From Candidatus Latescibacterota bacterium (GTDB lineage: Bacteria; Latescibacterota; UBA2968; GCA-2709665), in contig OZ244744.1 of NCBI GenBank assembly GCA_965219455.1, positions 864,001-928,000 on the forward strand: a stretch of DNA of 64,000 nt, given 5' to 3'. The stretch's first letter is position 1; the number at the start of each line of letters is the position of its first letter. The notes under the pieces are model-generated. The model worked only from the letters and a program-made list of their open reading frames with translations, was not told where the DNA came from and searched no databases. Positions 1 through 9,572 of this stretch are shown here, in pieces. The translations under genes were made by a program, and so were the position numbers.

Positions 1-195
1 CTCGTCTCTACAGTATTGCACCGCCTGTTTTACGCACGACTATCCGATCCCCGTCGAGAACGAAGCCGGCAAGCTGCTCCTTGAAAAACGAGCGGGCAAC
101 CTTTTTTGATCCGGATCGTAAAAACATCTGAGTCTCTTCACAGGCGGTTGTTCTGCCTGCCCGTCCCCCATTCTTACGGGTTTACGACGTAGAAT

Positions 196-2106
196 ATGAA
201 AACACGTCCAATCATCTGTCTCTTCCTTCTGGCGGGCCTTGGGGGGTGCGCTGCGTCCCGTCAGACGGTTGACCCTCCGCAGCCGAAACCTCGCGGACCC
301 GACCCCCGGGCGATGGGTCACTTCATAGACGCCAAACGGTTCGAACTTTCCGGGCGGATTGAAGATGCCGTGGAGGCGCTGAGAGCGGCCATTGCCATCG
401 ACTCCACTGCGGCCACCCTGCACAACTCACTTGCCCACAATCTGATCTCATTGAACCGGATAGCCGAAGCTGGTGAAGCCGCACGAAAAGCCGTGCGGTT
501 GGAACCCCGAGCGCCTGCCCATCGATGGCTGCTTTATCACACCCTGGTCAAAGGGCACGGGGATACGCTGCTGGCGACGGCTCAGCTTGAAGCGATGACA
601 CGCCTGAACCCCTCGGATTTCCGTGCATATACCCACCTGCTCCAGATTTACACGGCGAAACAGCAGCGCCATGACGTCCTGCGTGTGCTGGATCAGGCCG
701 CGGCCGTGCCGGCTCCGAACATCCGGTACGATCTGTTGATAGCCGACGGTTATCAGCGACTGAATCTGCCCCGCAAGGCAGCCGGCATGTACCGCCGCAT
801 CCTGCATCGCGATCCGGATCAGGCGCAGATCTGGAATCGTCTTGGCGACCTGACGCTTGCCGCGGGCGACACCCTGGAAGCCGCAGCCATCTATCGTTCC
901 GGTCTGACGCACTATCAACACCGCTTGAACAAGAACACGCGCAAGCTCTGGCAGAAACTCATTGCAATCTACGACCGTGACGAACACGTGGAAGCACTGA
1001 TCTCGGAAACGCCCATGGATACGCTTTTTCTGGACCGGTTGTCAACTCACCTCCCGCGGAGCATTCCACGTTCGGGCACCAAAAACGGCCTCGAGACGCG
1101 CCGATATCTACATACGGAAACCCTTCTGAACCGCCTCATCCGGGAATTGCCTGAACGACACGACCTGCTCGGCCGGAAGGCGTCGCTGCTTCTTTTCACC
1201 GACCGCCCCGAAGAAGCCCGACACATCTTCCGCCAGGCGATATCGCTTGAGTCCGATCCGAGGTATCGGCTGGGCATTGCGCATACATATCTGAACGAAC
1301 GGGATTGGGACCCCGCAATCGAGATTCTTGATGGACTCTTCGGCGAAACGCGGGCGGAATCAGAACTCTATTCCCAGATCGTGACTGCGCTCGGGGGGGC
1401 GTACGTCCGAAGCAACCGCCCGGCGCAGGCGAGGACGGTCTACAACCAGGCCCTTGTCGCCCGGCCTGAAGAGCTTAATTATCAACTGGCGGTTGGCCGT
1501 ACCTATGTAGTCGAGAAAAATTGGGAGGAGGCGATTCCCGCCCTTGAAAGCCTGAAAAATCGCCTTGTAGACGAAACGGAACTTCTGGAGGAAGTACTTT
1601 ACGACCTGGGTCACAGTTACGAGCGCGCCGGGCGGTTCTATAGCGCCGTCGCCGTATTCCAACGCCTTCTTGCCAGGGCGCCCGACAACCACAAGGCGTT
1701 GAATTATCTGGGTTATATGTTCGCGGAAAAAGGCGAACGACTCAGGGAAGCGGAAGACTACATTAAACGGGCCTTGCAGGGCGACCCTAAAAACGGCGCG
1801 TACCTGGATAGCATGGGATGGGTTTATTTCCAGCAAGAGCGATACGACGAAGCGATGAAGTATCTCAAGCTTGCGCTGAAAGCCGAAGAAAACAGGCTGA
1901 ACAAGATCGAGATGGAGTTCCGAACGGACGGTCAGCGCGAAAATCTATCGGTCATTTTGGATCACGTCGGCGATGCCGCCCGGGCCCAGGGTGATATCGA
2001 CGAAGCGCTCGTACACTGGCAACGGGCGGTTGATCTGAATCCGGATAACGAAACCATTCGACGAAAACTGCAATCATTCGGCCCCGGCAACGCAAACGGA
2101 CCCTGA
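196..2106 (+). CDS. Tetratricopeptide-repeat lipoprotein
   Basis: 636 aa; signal peptide with lipobox LGGC; many TPR helices, including the typical 'ALNYLGYMFAE...AYLDSMGWVYF' segment. Confidence 0.9.
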   Translation: MKTRPIICLFLLAGLGGCAASRQTVDPPQPKPRGPDPRAMGHFIDAKRFELSGRIEDAVEALRAAIAIDSTAATLHNSLAHNLISLNRIAEAGEAARKAVRLEPRAPAHRWLLYHTLVKGHGDTLLATAQLEAMTRLNPSDFRAYTHLLQIYTAKQQRHDVLRVLDQAAAVPAPNIRYDLLIADGYQRLNLPRKAAGMYRRILHRDPDQAQIWNRLGDLTLAAGDTLEAAAIYRSGLTHYQHRLNKNTRKLWQKLIAIYDRDEHVEALISETPMDTLFLDRLSTHLPRSIPRSGTKNGLETRRYLHTETLLNRLIRELPERHDLLGRKASLLLFTDRPEEARHIFRQAISLESDPRYRLGIAHTYLNERDWDPAIEILDGLFGETRAESELYSQIVTALGGAYVRSNRPAQARTVYNQALVARPEELNYQLAVGRTYVVEKNWEEAIPALESLKNRLVDETELLEEVLYDLGHSYERAGRFYSAVAVFQRLLARAPDNHKALNYLGYMFAEKGERLREAEDYIKRALQGDPKNGAYLDSMGWVYFQQERYDEAMKYLKLALKAEENRLNKIEMEFRTDGQRENLSVILDHVGDAARAQGDIDEALVHWQRAVDLNPDNETIRRKLQSFGPGNANGP

Positions 2107-2107
2107 A

Positions 2108-2911
2108 ATGGCATGCCATCAGCGGTCCGGAACGCGCTCCCTCACCCCAAGACCTTTCCTTTATTTTCTCCTCCTGGTGCTTCCCGGCTGCGTCGCAACT
2201 CTTTCCCGCCTACCGGACGTCGGACCGGTCCCAACCCCGGACGACCTGCTGCGCATTGTATCCTCACGCGCCGACAGCCTTGTGGATCTGGAAATCCGCG
2301 CAGGAATAAACATGCGTGTAGACGGCGTCAAACAAAAGGGGTTCGCCGTACTCTTCTATCGATCGCCCGGCGAACTGAAGATCGAGATTAAAGATGCCCT
2401 GCTCGGCATCGGCGTGCTGTCTGCCCGCGCGCAGGGGGACTCCCTGGCCGCCTATCTGCCCAGGACCAACCACTACCTGGAAGGACCTTCGGAAGGCGTG
2501 CTGCGCGCCATCACGGGCGTCGATCTCGCGCCTTACGGCGTTCGGCACGCGTTGCTTGGCCTCGTCAACCTCTCCCCACTCAATTTACCTCGCATCGGCG
2601 ACTTCGCGTCGCACCGGGACAGCCTCACCGTGGAAATCATCGAGCCACTGTGGACTCGCCGCCTTCGGTTCGACCCCCGCGCCGCCGTCCTGCTCGAAGA
2701 ACGGGTATACACGCCCGACGGGCTTTTGATGTCTCGCCGAATCCTGTCGGAATACCGGCGGCAAAACGGCGTGATTCTTCCCGGAACGATGGAGATGATC
2801 CAGGGCAACGACCGGATCCGGATTCAGGTTGTCAGCCGGAAAGTCAATTCCGGCGTACCGGAACGCCGATTTCAACTGAAAGTGCCCGGTGACGCCATTC
2901 GACTTGAATGA
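2108..2911 (+). CDS. DUF4292 / LolB-like lipoprotein
   Basis: Lipobox LPGC; LolA/B-like beta-rich pattern; directly follows the TPR lipoprotein, a common pairing. Confidence 0.65.
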   Translation: MACHQRSGTRSLTPRPFLYFLLLVLPGCVATLSRLPDVGPVPTPDDLLRIVSSRADSLVDLEIRAGINMRVDGVKQKGFAVLFYRSPGELKIEIKDALLGIGVLSARAQGDSLAAYLPRTNHYLEGPSEGVLRAITGVDLAPYGVRHALLGLVNLSPLNLPRIGDFASHRDSLTVEIIEPLWTRRLRFDPRAAVLLEERVYTPDGLLMSRRILSEYRRQNGVILPGTMEMIQGNDRIRIQVVSRKVNSGVPERRFQLKVPGDAIRLE

Positions 2912-2952
2912 AACGGGGCTGTAATGTAAACACCGAACGAGAGCTTGAGAGG

Positions 2953-2977
2953 GTGGAGCGGACATTCTTGTCTGCTC
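2953..2977. repeat. REP-like palindrome
   Basis: GTG-GAGCGGACA-TTCT-TGTCTGCTC imperfect hairpin in the intergenic gap. Confidence 0.45.
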
Positions 2978-2998
2978 GCATACATCAAAACGGAACAA

Positions 2999-4342
2999 AT
3001 GAAAAAGCTGGCTATTTCAAACCTTGTTCTTCTTTTGACGGCTGTCTTGTTTTCCCCCGATGGGACGACCCTGGCAAGCGACAGTTACGATGGTAACGTC
3101 CGGTTGTCTGACGTTAGCACCGGACAGGCAAAGCACATCCTCACAGGTCATACGGATTGGATCTGGTCGGTGGTGTTTTCGCCGGACGGGAGGACGCTGG
3201 CAAGTGGTAGTTTCGATGACACCGTGTGGTTGTGGGACGTTGCCACGGGACAGGAAAAACACACCCTCATTGGACATACGGGCACTACCCGGTCGGTGGT
3301 GTTTTCACCGGACGGGAGGACGCTGGCAAGCGGCAGTGGTGATCGTACGGTTCGGTTGTGGGACGTGGACACCGGAAAGGAAAAACACACCCTCACTGGA
3401 CATACCCGCGGGGTCGTTTCGGTGGTGTACTCACCGGACGGGAGGACGCTGGCAAGTGGCAGTTACGACCATACGGTTCGGTTATGGGACGTGGACACCG
3501 GAAAGGAAAAACACACCCTCACTGGACATACGGATTTTGTCGAGTCGGTGGTGTTTTCGCCGGATGGGACCACGCTGGCCAGCGCCGGCAATTTCGATCA
3601 AACGGCGCGGTTGTGGGACGTGGCCACCGGGCAGGAAAAACACACCCTCGCAGGTCATACGCGTAGTGTCCTTTCGGTGGTGTTTTCGCCGGATGGAATG
3701 ACCCTTGCCAGCGGTAGTGCCGATCAAACGGCGCGGTTGTGGGACGTAGCCGCCGGGCAGGAAAAACACACCCTCACGGGACATTCCGGTATTGTCGTTT
3801 CGGTGGTGTTTTCACCCGATGGGACCACGCTGGCCAGTGCCGGCACGTTCGATTATACGGTGCGGCTGTGGGACGTGGCCACAGGACGTGAATCACACAC
3901 CCTCACAGGACACACGGGCACTGTCCTTTCGGTGGTTTTCTCACCGGATGGGAGGACGCTGGCAAGCGGTAGTGGCAATCGGGACAATACGGTGCGGTTG
4001 TGGGACGTTGCCACGGGACAGGAAAGACACACCCTCACAGGACATACGGGCACTGTCACTCTGGTGGTGTTTTCGCCGGACGGGAGGACGCTGGCAAGTG
4101 GCAGTCACGACGGCACGGTCCGGCTTTGGGATATGTCGCCGCTCCTCACACCTCCAACCTCCAGCTCCGACTTCGATGGCGACGGGACCGTGGGATTCTC
4201 CGACTTCCTGCTATTCGCTGGAAACTTCGGGCTGAGCCGGGCAGATGCGGGATACGACGCGCGCTTCGATCTGGACGGCGACGGCGGCATCGGATTCAGC
4301 GATTTTCTCATCTTCGCCGGCAGCTTCGGCAAGGGTGCGTGA
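2999..4342 (+). CDS. Secreted WD40-repeat protein with C-terminal dockerin/EF-hand-like module
   Basis: ATG at 2999 gives signal-like MKKLAISNLVLLLTAV; 9 '(V/L)(F/Y)SPDG..LAS' units at about 126-nt period; tail DFDGDGTVGFSDFL...DLDGDGGIGFSDFL. Confidence 0.9.
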   Translation: MKKLAISNLVLLLTAVLFSPDGTTLASDSYDGNVRLSDVSTGQAKHILTGHTDWIWSVVFSPDGRTLASGSFDDTVWLWDVATGQEKHTLIGHTGTTRSVVFSPDGRTLASGSGDRTVRLWDVDTGKEKHTLTGHTRGVVSVVYSPDGRTLASGSYDHTVRLWDVDTGKEKHTLTGHTDFVESVVFSPDGTTLASAGNFDQTARLWDVATGQEKHTLAGHTRSVLSVVFSPDGMTLASGSADQTARLWDVAAGQEKHTLTGHSGIVVSVVFSPDGTTLASAGTFDYTVRLWDVATGRESHTLTGHTGTVLSVVFSPDGRTLASGSGNRDNTVRLWDVATGQERHTLTGHTGTVTLVVFSPDGRTLASGSHDGTVRLWDMSPLLTPPTSSSDFDGDGTVGFSDFLLFAGNFGLSRADAGYDARFDLDGDGGIGFSDFLIFAGSFGKGA

Positions 4343-4410
4343 GGCGTCCGGAACGGCGTCAGCGACGATCGGTGGACCTCCTGGTTCTGCCGTTTGACGT
4401 CTGGCCTCTT

Positions 4411-6732
4411 TCACTCAATCACCCGGAACAATTCATCACGTGTCGCTGTTTGTCCGGTGTGCAGATCCTTAACCCGTACCGATAACCGGTGCACGCCTGT
4501 CGGTACGTGGTCCAGGTCAATCTGCAAATACGTAAAGTCATCCTCCTCATGCCCCTCGTAATGGCTTGTGACCGTCGTCTCTGCGCCCTCTCCGCTGCGT
4601 GCCATTTCTCTGATCCGCCTGGCCTGTTCATCGTCTTCGGGTTCTCGCGCTTCTTCCACGAGTGTTATCTCCAGCTTCTCGTTGCGCGTCACATTTACCT
4701 GTGCCACATTCGATGCCTCGCCCTCTCCCGGCAACCGCTGCGCCACGAACAGGTACGGATCGATCTCCTCTTCCCCGGGCCAGCCGATCCGATAGGAGAT
4801 CTCATACTGCGTGCGCCCATATTCATCTCGCTTCAGGTTATACACCTCCACGTAGATGAACGCAGGTTCGGAACGATGATAGGTGCGCAGCGGATTTGCC
4901 ACGACGTTGAGATGGCTTCTTTTCTCCGGAAACGGGGATCCCGTCTCAATCTGCGTGGCCAGCAGCAAATCGCCCATCGCAAGGGAAGAGTCCACAGTCG
5001 CAAAGCCACGCTCCACCCGAAACGTCCCGATCGACCCCCGCTCCCGGTCCCGTACCTCGCCAACCAGATGGTACGTGCCGGGGGCCACCCTGAATGCCAA
5101 CTGAAACACCAGATGACCATTCCGCAAGCTGTCCGCAGCAGGATACCCGCTGGGCGTTAACTCAGGCCAACTCATGTTGAGATCCGACCGCCTCCGATAT
5201 ATCTCGTCCCAGTTCTCGTCAAACACAAATACTCCGTTTTCCAATACAAAACCACTGTCCGCATCCGAGGCAGAGACGTTGTACTTCGGTACCACATACG
5301 CCAGTTCCACGCGGACGCTGTCATCATCCTTGAAGCTTGACACCTGGTATGGGATTCTGTATTTGCTAAACCGAAACGGGTCCATATAGTGTGTTGGTCG
5401 ATAATTGAACGTATACCGTCCCGATGTCCGACCCGGACGGGTGTCGAAACGCCACGAATCCAGACCGTCGCTGTTGACAAACGAGATCGAGAATCCCTCA
5501 TAGTACCACTCCTCGTCACCGCCTTGGATACTTTGGCCGAACCTGCTATCGAACGAGTCAACACCTCCTGGGATTTCAAGCCGCCTTGCCTTCCTGTTGA
5601 GAGCAGGCCCGAATTTTATGTGTGCTTTCCCGCGGTCCGTCTGCCATCCCGGTTTCCCCTTCAGTCGCCGCCCATATCGAAGATTGGCATACGCCAGGCG
5701 TCCATAGTGCTCCATCCGCCGCTCGCTGAATGACGTCAAGTAAAGTGGATCACGTTCCCCCCAGAATCGCGCCCGCACTCGGTTATCCGTCCATCCGATT
5801 CGGGTCGTATCGGTCGTCGCAATCGAATCAAGTACCGATTGTTCCTCCTGGCTTGCAATCAGGTCCACGGACTCCATCAGCGCGCGTTCCTCCGTCGACA
5901 TTCGCTCCAGTGCGCGCATATAATACTCATGGGCAGTCTCCCATTCACCCATCCCCTGGTATCCCAAGCCACAATAGAGCAGCGCGTCCTTGTCCTCGGG
6001 ATACTGATCCATGCATAGCTTTGATGCCTTCACGAGTCCTTCAGGGTTCTTGCTTTCATAATGGATCAGCCCCAAATCGTAATACGCGTCTCGATTTTTA
6101 GGATCTGCCACGATGCTCTTTACCAAGAATGCCAACGCCTTCTCCCGATCCCGCGTAGCGTGTTCTTCCCAACGAAACAGGTGATACGTTGGTGGACCCG
6201 CCACACTTATTACGATATCCACGTGCTCCAGATTGATATACTTCAGGAACGCCTGCATGGAAAAAAAGCCTACCCTATACGCCGCCTCGGCAAGTCTTTC
6301 AGGATGGGTCTCACAAACCTTTTCGTAATGCCGTTCGGCATTCAACCAGAGACCCTGCTTCCCGAGCAACTCCCCAAGCGTCAATTGATAATCCCCGTTG
6401 CCGGGATCAAGCCGAATCGCCTCGTCCAGGGTCTTGCGCGCGCTCTGGCGACCCAACGGTGTATCCATCGACATATACAATTTCGCCATCTCGTATTGAG
6501 CCGGTGCGTGGTCCCGATCCACGTCTAATACCTCACGAAACGCTTCCACGCTCTTTTCTACAGTGAGGTTCTCCACACTTGCTAGCGCTGCCTGGTAAAG
6601 GCTGTCGGCATGGTGAGTTTTGGCGCCTGCATTTGGTGTGGTGAAACAGAGCCCAAAACACAGGAACGCAGAAGCCGAATATGTCAGCCAGTTGCGGCAT
6701 CTTTGCAATCGATGATCCCTTTCGAATGACAT
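4411..6732 (-). CDS. GWxTD-domain TPR protein (copy 1)
   Basis: 773 aa; signal peptide, TPRs, 'PGWQTDRGKAHIKFGP', C-terminal Ig-like beta domains; RBS AGGAGG. Confidence 0.9.
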   Translation of the reverse strand: MSFERDHRLQRCRNWLTYSASAFLCFGLCFTTPNAGAKTHHADSLYQAALASVENLTVEKSVEAFREVLDVDRDHAPAQYEMAKLYMSMDTPLGRQSARKTLDEAIRLDPGNGDYQLTLGELLGKQGLWLNAERHYEKVCETHPERLAEAAYRVGFFSMQAFLKYINLEHVDIVISVAGPPTYHLFRWEEHATRDREKALAFLVKSIVADPKNRDAYYDLGLIHYESKNPEGLVKASKLCMDQYPEDKDALLYCGLGYQGMGEWETAHEYYMRALERMSTEERALMESVDLIASQEEQSVLDSIATTDTTRIGWTDNRVRARFWGERDPLYLTSFSERRMEHYGRLAYANLRYGRRLKGKPGWQTDRGKAHIKFGPALNRKARRLEIPGGVDSFDSRFGQSIQGGDEEWYYEGFSISFVNSDGLDSWRFDTRPGRTSGRYTFNYRPTHYMDPFRFSKYRIPYQVSSFKDDDSVRVELAYVVPKYNVSASDADSGFVLENGVFVFDENWDEIYRRRSDLNMSWPELTPSGYPAADSLRNGHLVFQLAFRVAPGTYHLVGEVRDRERGSIGTFRVERGFATVDSSLAMGDLLLATQIETGSPFPEKRSHLNVVANPLRTYHRSEPAFIYVEVYNLKRDEYGRTQYEISYRIGWPGEEEIDPYLFVAQRLPGEGEASNVAQVNVTRNEKLEITLVEEAREPEDDEQARRIREMARSGEGAETTVTSHYEGHEEDDFTYLQIDLDHVPTGVHRLSVRVKDLHTGQTATRDELFRVIE

Positions 6733-6879
6733 GCTAATACCTCCTGTGCTGATCGCTGGACAAACCGAATTCAGAAGCTTCTACAAGACCAAAACACCTT
6801 CTTTTCCGATGCACATGCGTAACCAGATGATCATGTTGCAGTGTTCGGTGTCTGTCGTGGATCCGGCACAACAATCACC

Positions 6880-9198
6880 TCACTCAATCACACGAAACAT
6901 CTCTTCGCGCGTGGCCATCTGTCCGGTATGCATGTCCTTGACCCGCACCGATAGGCGGTGCACGCCGGCAGGCACGTGGCTCAGGTCAATCTGCAAATAC
7001 GTGAAGTCGTCCTCACGAGAGCCCTCATACCGGCTTGTTACCGTCGTCTCTGCGCCCTCTCCGCTGCGTGCCATTTCTCTGATCCGCCTGGCCTGTTCAT
7101 CGTCTTCGGGTTCTCGCGCTTCTTCCACGAGTGTTATCTCCAGCTTCTCGTTGCGCGTCACATTTACCTGTGCCACATTCGATGCCTCGCCCTCTCCCGG
7201 CAAGCGCTGCGCCACGAACAGGTACGGATCGATCTCCTCGTCTCCGGGCCAGCCGATCCGATAGGAGATCTCATACTGCGTGCGCCCATATTCATCTCGC
7301 TTCAGGTTATACGCCTCCAGGTAGATGAACGCAGGTTCGGACCGATGATAGGTCCGCAGCGGATTTGCCACGACGTTTAGGTGGCTTCTTTTCTCCGGAA
7401 ACGGCGACCCTGTCTCAATCTGCGTGGCCAGCAGCAAATCGCTCATCGCAAGGGAAGAGTCCACAGTCGCAAAGCCACGCTCCTCACGGAACGTCCCGAT
7501 CGACCCGCGCTTCCGCTCCCGCACCTCGCCGACCAGATGGTACGTGCCGGGGGCCACCCTGAATGCCAACTGAAACACCAGATGACCATTCCGCAAGCTG
7601 TCCGCAGCAGGATACCCGCTGGGCGTTAACTCAGGCCAACTCATGTTGAGATCCGACCGCTTCCGATATATCTCGTCCCAGTTCTCGTCAAACACAAATA
7701 CTCCGTTTTCCAATACAAAACCACTGTCCGCATCCGAGGCAGATACATTGTATTTCGGCAGCGCATACGCCAGTTCCACGCGGACGCTGTCACCATCCTT
7801 GAAGCTTGCCACCTGGTATGGGATTCTGTATTTGCTGAACCGAAACGGGTCCATATAGTGTGTTGGTCGATGATTGAACGTATACCGTCCCGATGTCCGA
7901 CCCGGACGGGTGTCGAAACGCCACGAATCCAGACCGTCGCTGTTGACAAACGAGATCGAGAATCCCTCATAGTACCACTCCTCGTCACCGCCCTGGATAT
8001 TTTGGCCGAACCTGCCTTCGAACGAGTCAACACCTCCTGGGATCTCAAGCCGCCTTGCCTTCCTGTTGAGAGCAGGCCCGAATTTTATGTGTGCTTTCCC
8101 GCGGTCCGTCTGCCATCCCGGTTTCCCTTTCAGTCGCCGCCCATATCGAAGATTGGCATACGCCAGGCGTCCATAGTGCTCCATCCGCCGCTCGCTGAAT
8201 GACGTCAGGTAAAGTGGATCACCTTTCCGCCAAAATCGCGCCCGCTCAGGGTTATCCGTCCATCCGATTCGGGTCGTATCGGTCGTCGCAATCGAATCAA
8301 GTACCGATCGTTCCTCCTGGCTTGCAATCAGGTCCACGGACTCCATCAGAGCGCGTTCCTCAGTCGACATTCGCTCCAACGCGCGCATATAATACTCATG
8401 GGCAGTCTCCCATTCACCCATCCCCTGGTATCCCAAGCCACAATAGAGCAGCGCGTCCTTATCCTCGGGATACTGATCCATGCATAGCTTTGATGCCTTC
8501 ACGAGTCCTTCAGGGTTCTTGCTTTCATAATGGATCAGCCCCAAATCGTAATACGCGTCCCGATTTTTAGGATCTGCCACGATGCTCTTTATCAAGAATG
8601 CCAACGCTTTCTCCCGATCCCGCGTAGCGTGTTCTTCCCAACGAAACAGGTGATACGTTGGTGGGCCCAACCCGGTGACGATATCCACGTGCTCCAGATT
8701 GATATACTTCAGGAACGCCTGCATGGAAAAAAAGCCTACCCTATACGCCGCCTCGGCAAGTCTTTCAGGATGGGTCTCACAAACCTTTTCGTAATGCCGT
8801 TCCGCCTTCAACCACAGTCCCTGATTGCCGAGCAACTCACCGAGCATCAGTTGATAGTCTCCGTTGCCCGGTTCCAGCCGAATCGCCTCGTCCAAAGCTT
8901 TGCGTGCGCTCTGGCGCCCCAGCGGCGTACCCATCGACATATACAATTTTGCTATCTCATAGTGAGCCGGTGCGTGGTTCCAATCCACTTTCAATACATC
9001 ACGGAAGGCCTCGAGGCTCTCCTTTACAGAAACGCTCTCCACGCGCGCCAACGCTGTCTGATAAAGGCTGTCGGCATGTTGCGGTTTGCTGGCTGCCACT
9101 ACCGTTGTGAAGGCGAACGCAAGACCCAAAAGAGTAGAGACAAACAAAGTCAACCTTGTGCGGCATCGCAGTATTTCGTGTTCTCGCAGGACCGACAT
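6880..9198 (-). CDS. GWxTD-domain TPR protein (copy 2, close paralog of copy 1)
   Basis: Start MSVLREHE at 9198 with AGGAGG RBS; GWQTD motif; core nearly identical to 4411..6732. Confidence 0.9.
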   Translation of the reverse strand: MSVLREHEILRCRTRLTLFVSTLLGLAFAFTTVVAASKPQHADSLYQTALARVESVSVKESLEAFRDVLKVDWNHAPAHYEIAKLYMSMGTPLGRQSARKALDEAIRLEPGNGDYQLMLGELLGNQGLWLKAERHYEKVCETHPERLAEAAYRVGFFSMQAFLKYINLEHVDIVTGLGPPTYHLFRWEEHATRDREKALAFLIKSIVADPKNRDAYYDLGLIHYESKNPEGLVKASKLCMDQYPEDKDALLYCGLGYQGMGEWETAHEYYMRALERMSTEERALMESVDLIASQEERSVLDSIATTDTTRIGWTDNPERARFWRKGDPLYLTSFSERRMEHYGRLAYANLRYGRRLKGKPGWQTDRGKAHIKFGPALNRKARRLEIPGGVDSFEGRFGQNIQGGDEEWYYEGFSISFVNSDGLDSWRFDTRPGRTSGRYTFNHRPTHYMDPFRFSKYRIPYQVASFKDGDSVRVELAYALPKYNVSASDADSGFVLENGVFVFDENWDEIYRKRSDLNMSWPELTPSGYPAADSLRNGHLVFQLAFRVAPGTYHLVGEVRERKRGSIGTFREERGFATVDSSLAMSDLLLATQIETGSPFPEKRSHLNVVANPLRTYHRSEPAFIYLEAYNLKRDEYGRTQYEISYRIGWPGDEEIDPYLFVAQRLPGEGEASNVAQVNVTRNEKLEITLVEEAREPEDDEQARRIREMARSGEGAETTVTSRYEGSREDDFTYLQIDLSHVPAGVHRLSVRVKDMHTGQMATREEMFRVIE

Positions 9199-9391
9199 GT
9201 CGAAACCTCCTGAGCTTGCAATGGTGATCTTTGGATGCAGCGTGTGACGCGGAACCGATAATTCAGTATGTTCTTCGCGACAAAGGATATCGGAGCTACC
9301 GGGCATGGAGTCGTTCATCCAGACTTGCACATGCGAGCTTCTCCGATGCCCTTCCTTGCCTAAAGACACCAAACAGACGGCACCGGTTCGG

Positions 9392-9429
9392 AAAAAAAGA
9401 AAGGCCCGGAAGAAACTCCTTCCGGACCC
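9392..9429 (-). terminator. Rho-independent terminator
   Basis: Minus strand GGTCCGGAAG-GAGTTT-CTTCCGGGCC followed by TTTCTTTTTTT. Confidence 0.8.
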
Positions 9430-9572
9430 TAACTTTCAATGTCACAAAACCCGCCTACTTACGACCGTGTTGACCATCTAACTTGCCTTACTTCCTTTGC
9501 ATTTGCTGTACCCACCTCAATGCTCCTCCTTTGGCCATGCCTGCTCCGAAATAGCCCACCGTGCTCCCGGCT

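Noticed and set aside
3050-4135. ~126-nt periodic repeats as a CRISPR array
   Set aside because: They are in-frame WD40 coding repeats with no unique spacers and no cas genes.
4411-9198. GWxTD duplicate as a DGR template/variable pair
   Set aside because: Differences are mostly third-position and not adenine-specific; no reverse transcriptase is in the window.
9199-9372. Longer start for GWxTD copy 2
   Set aside because: The RBS and the alignment with copy 1 support the ATG at 9198.
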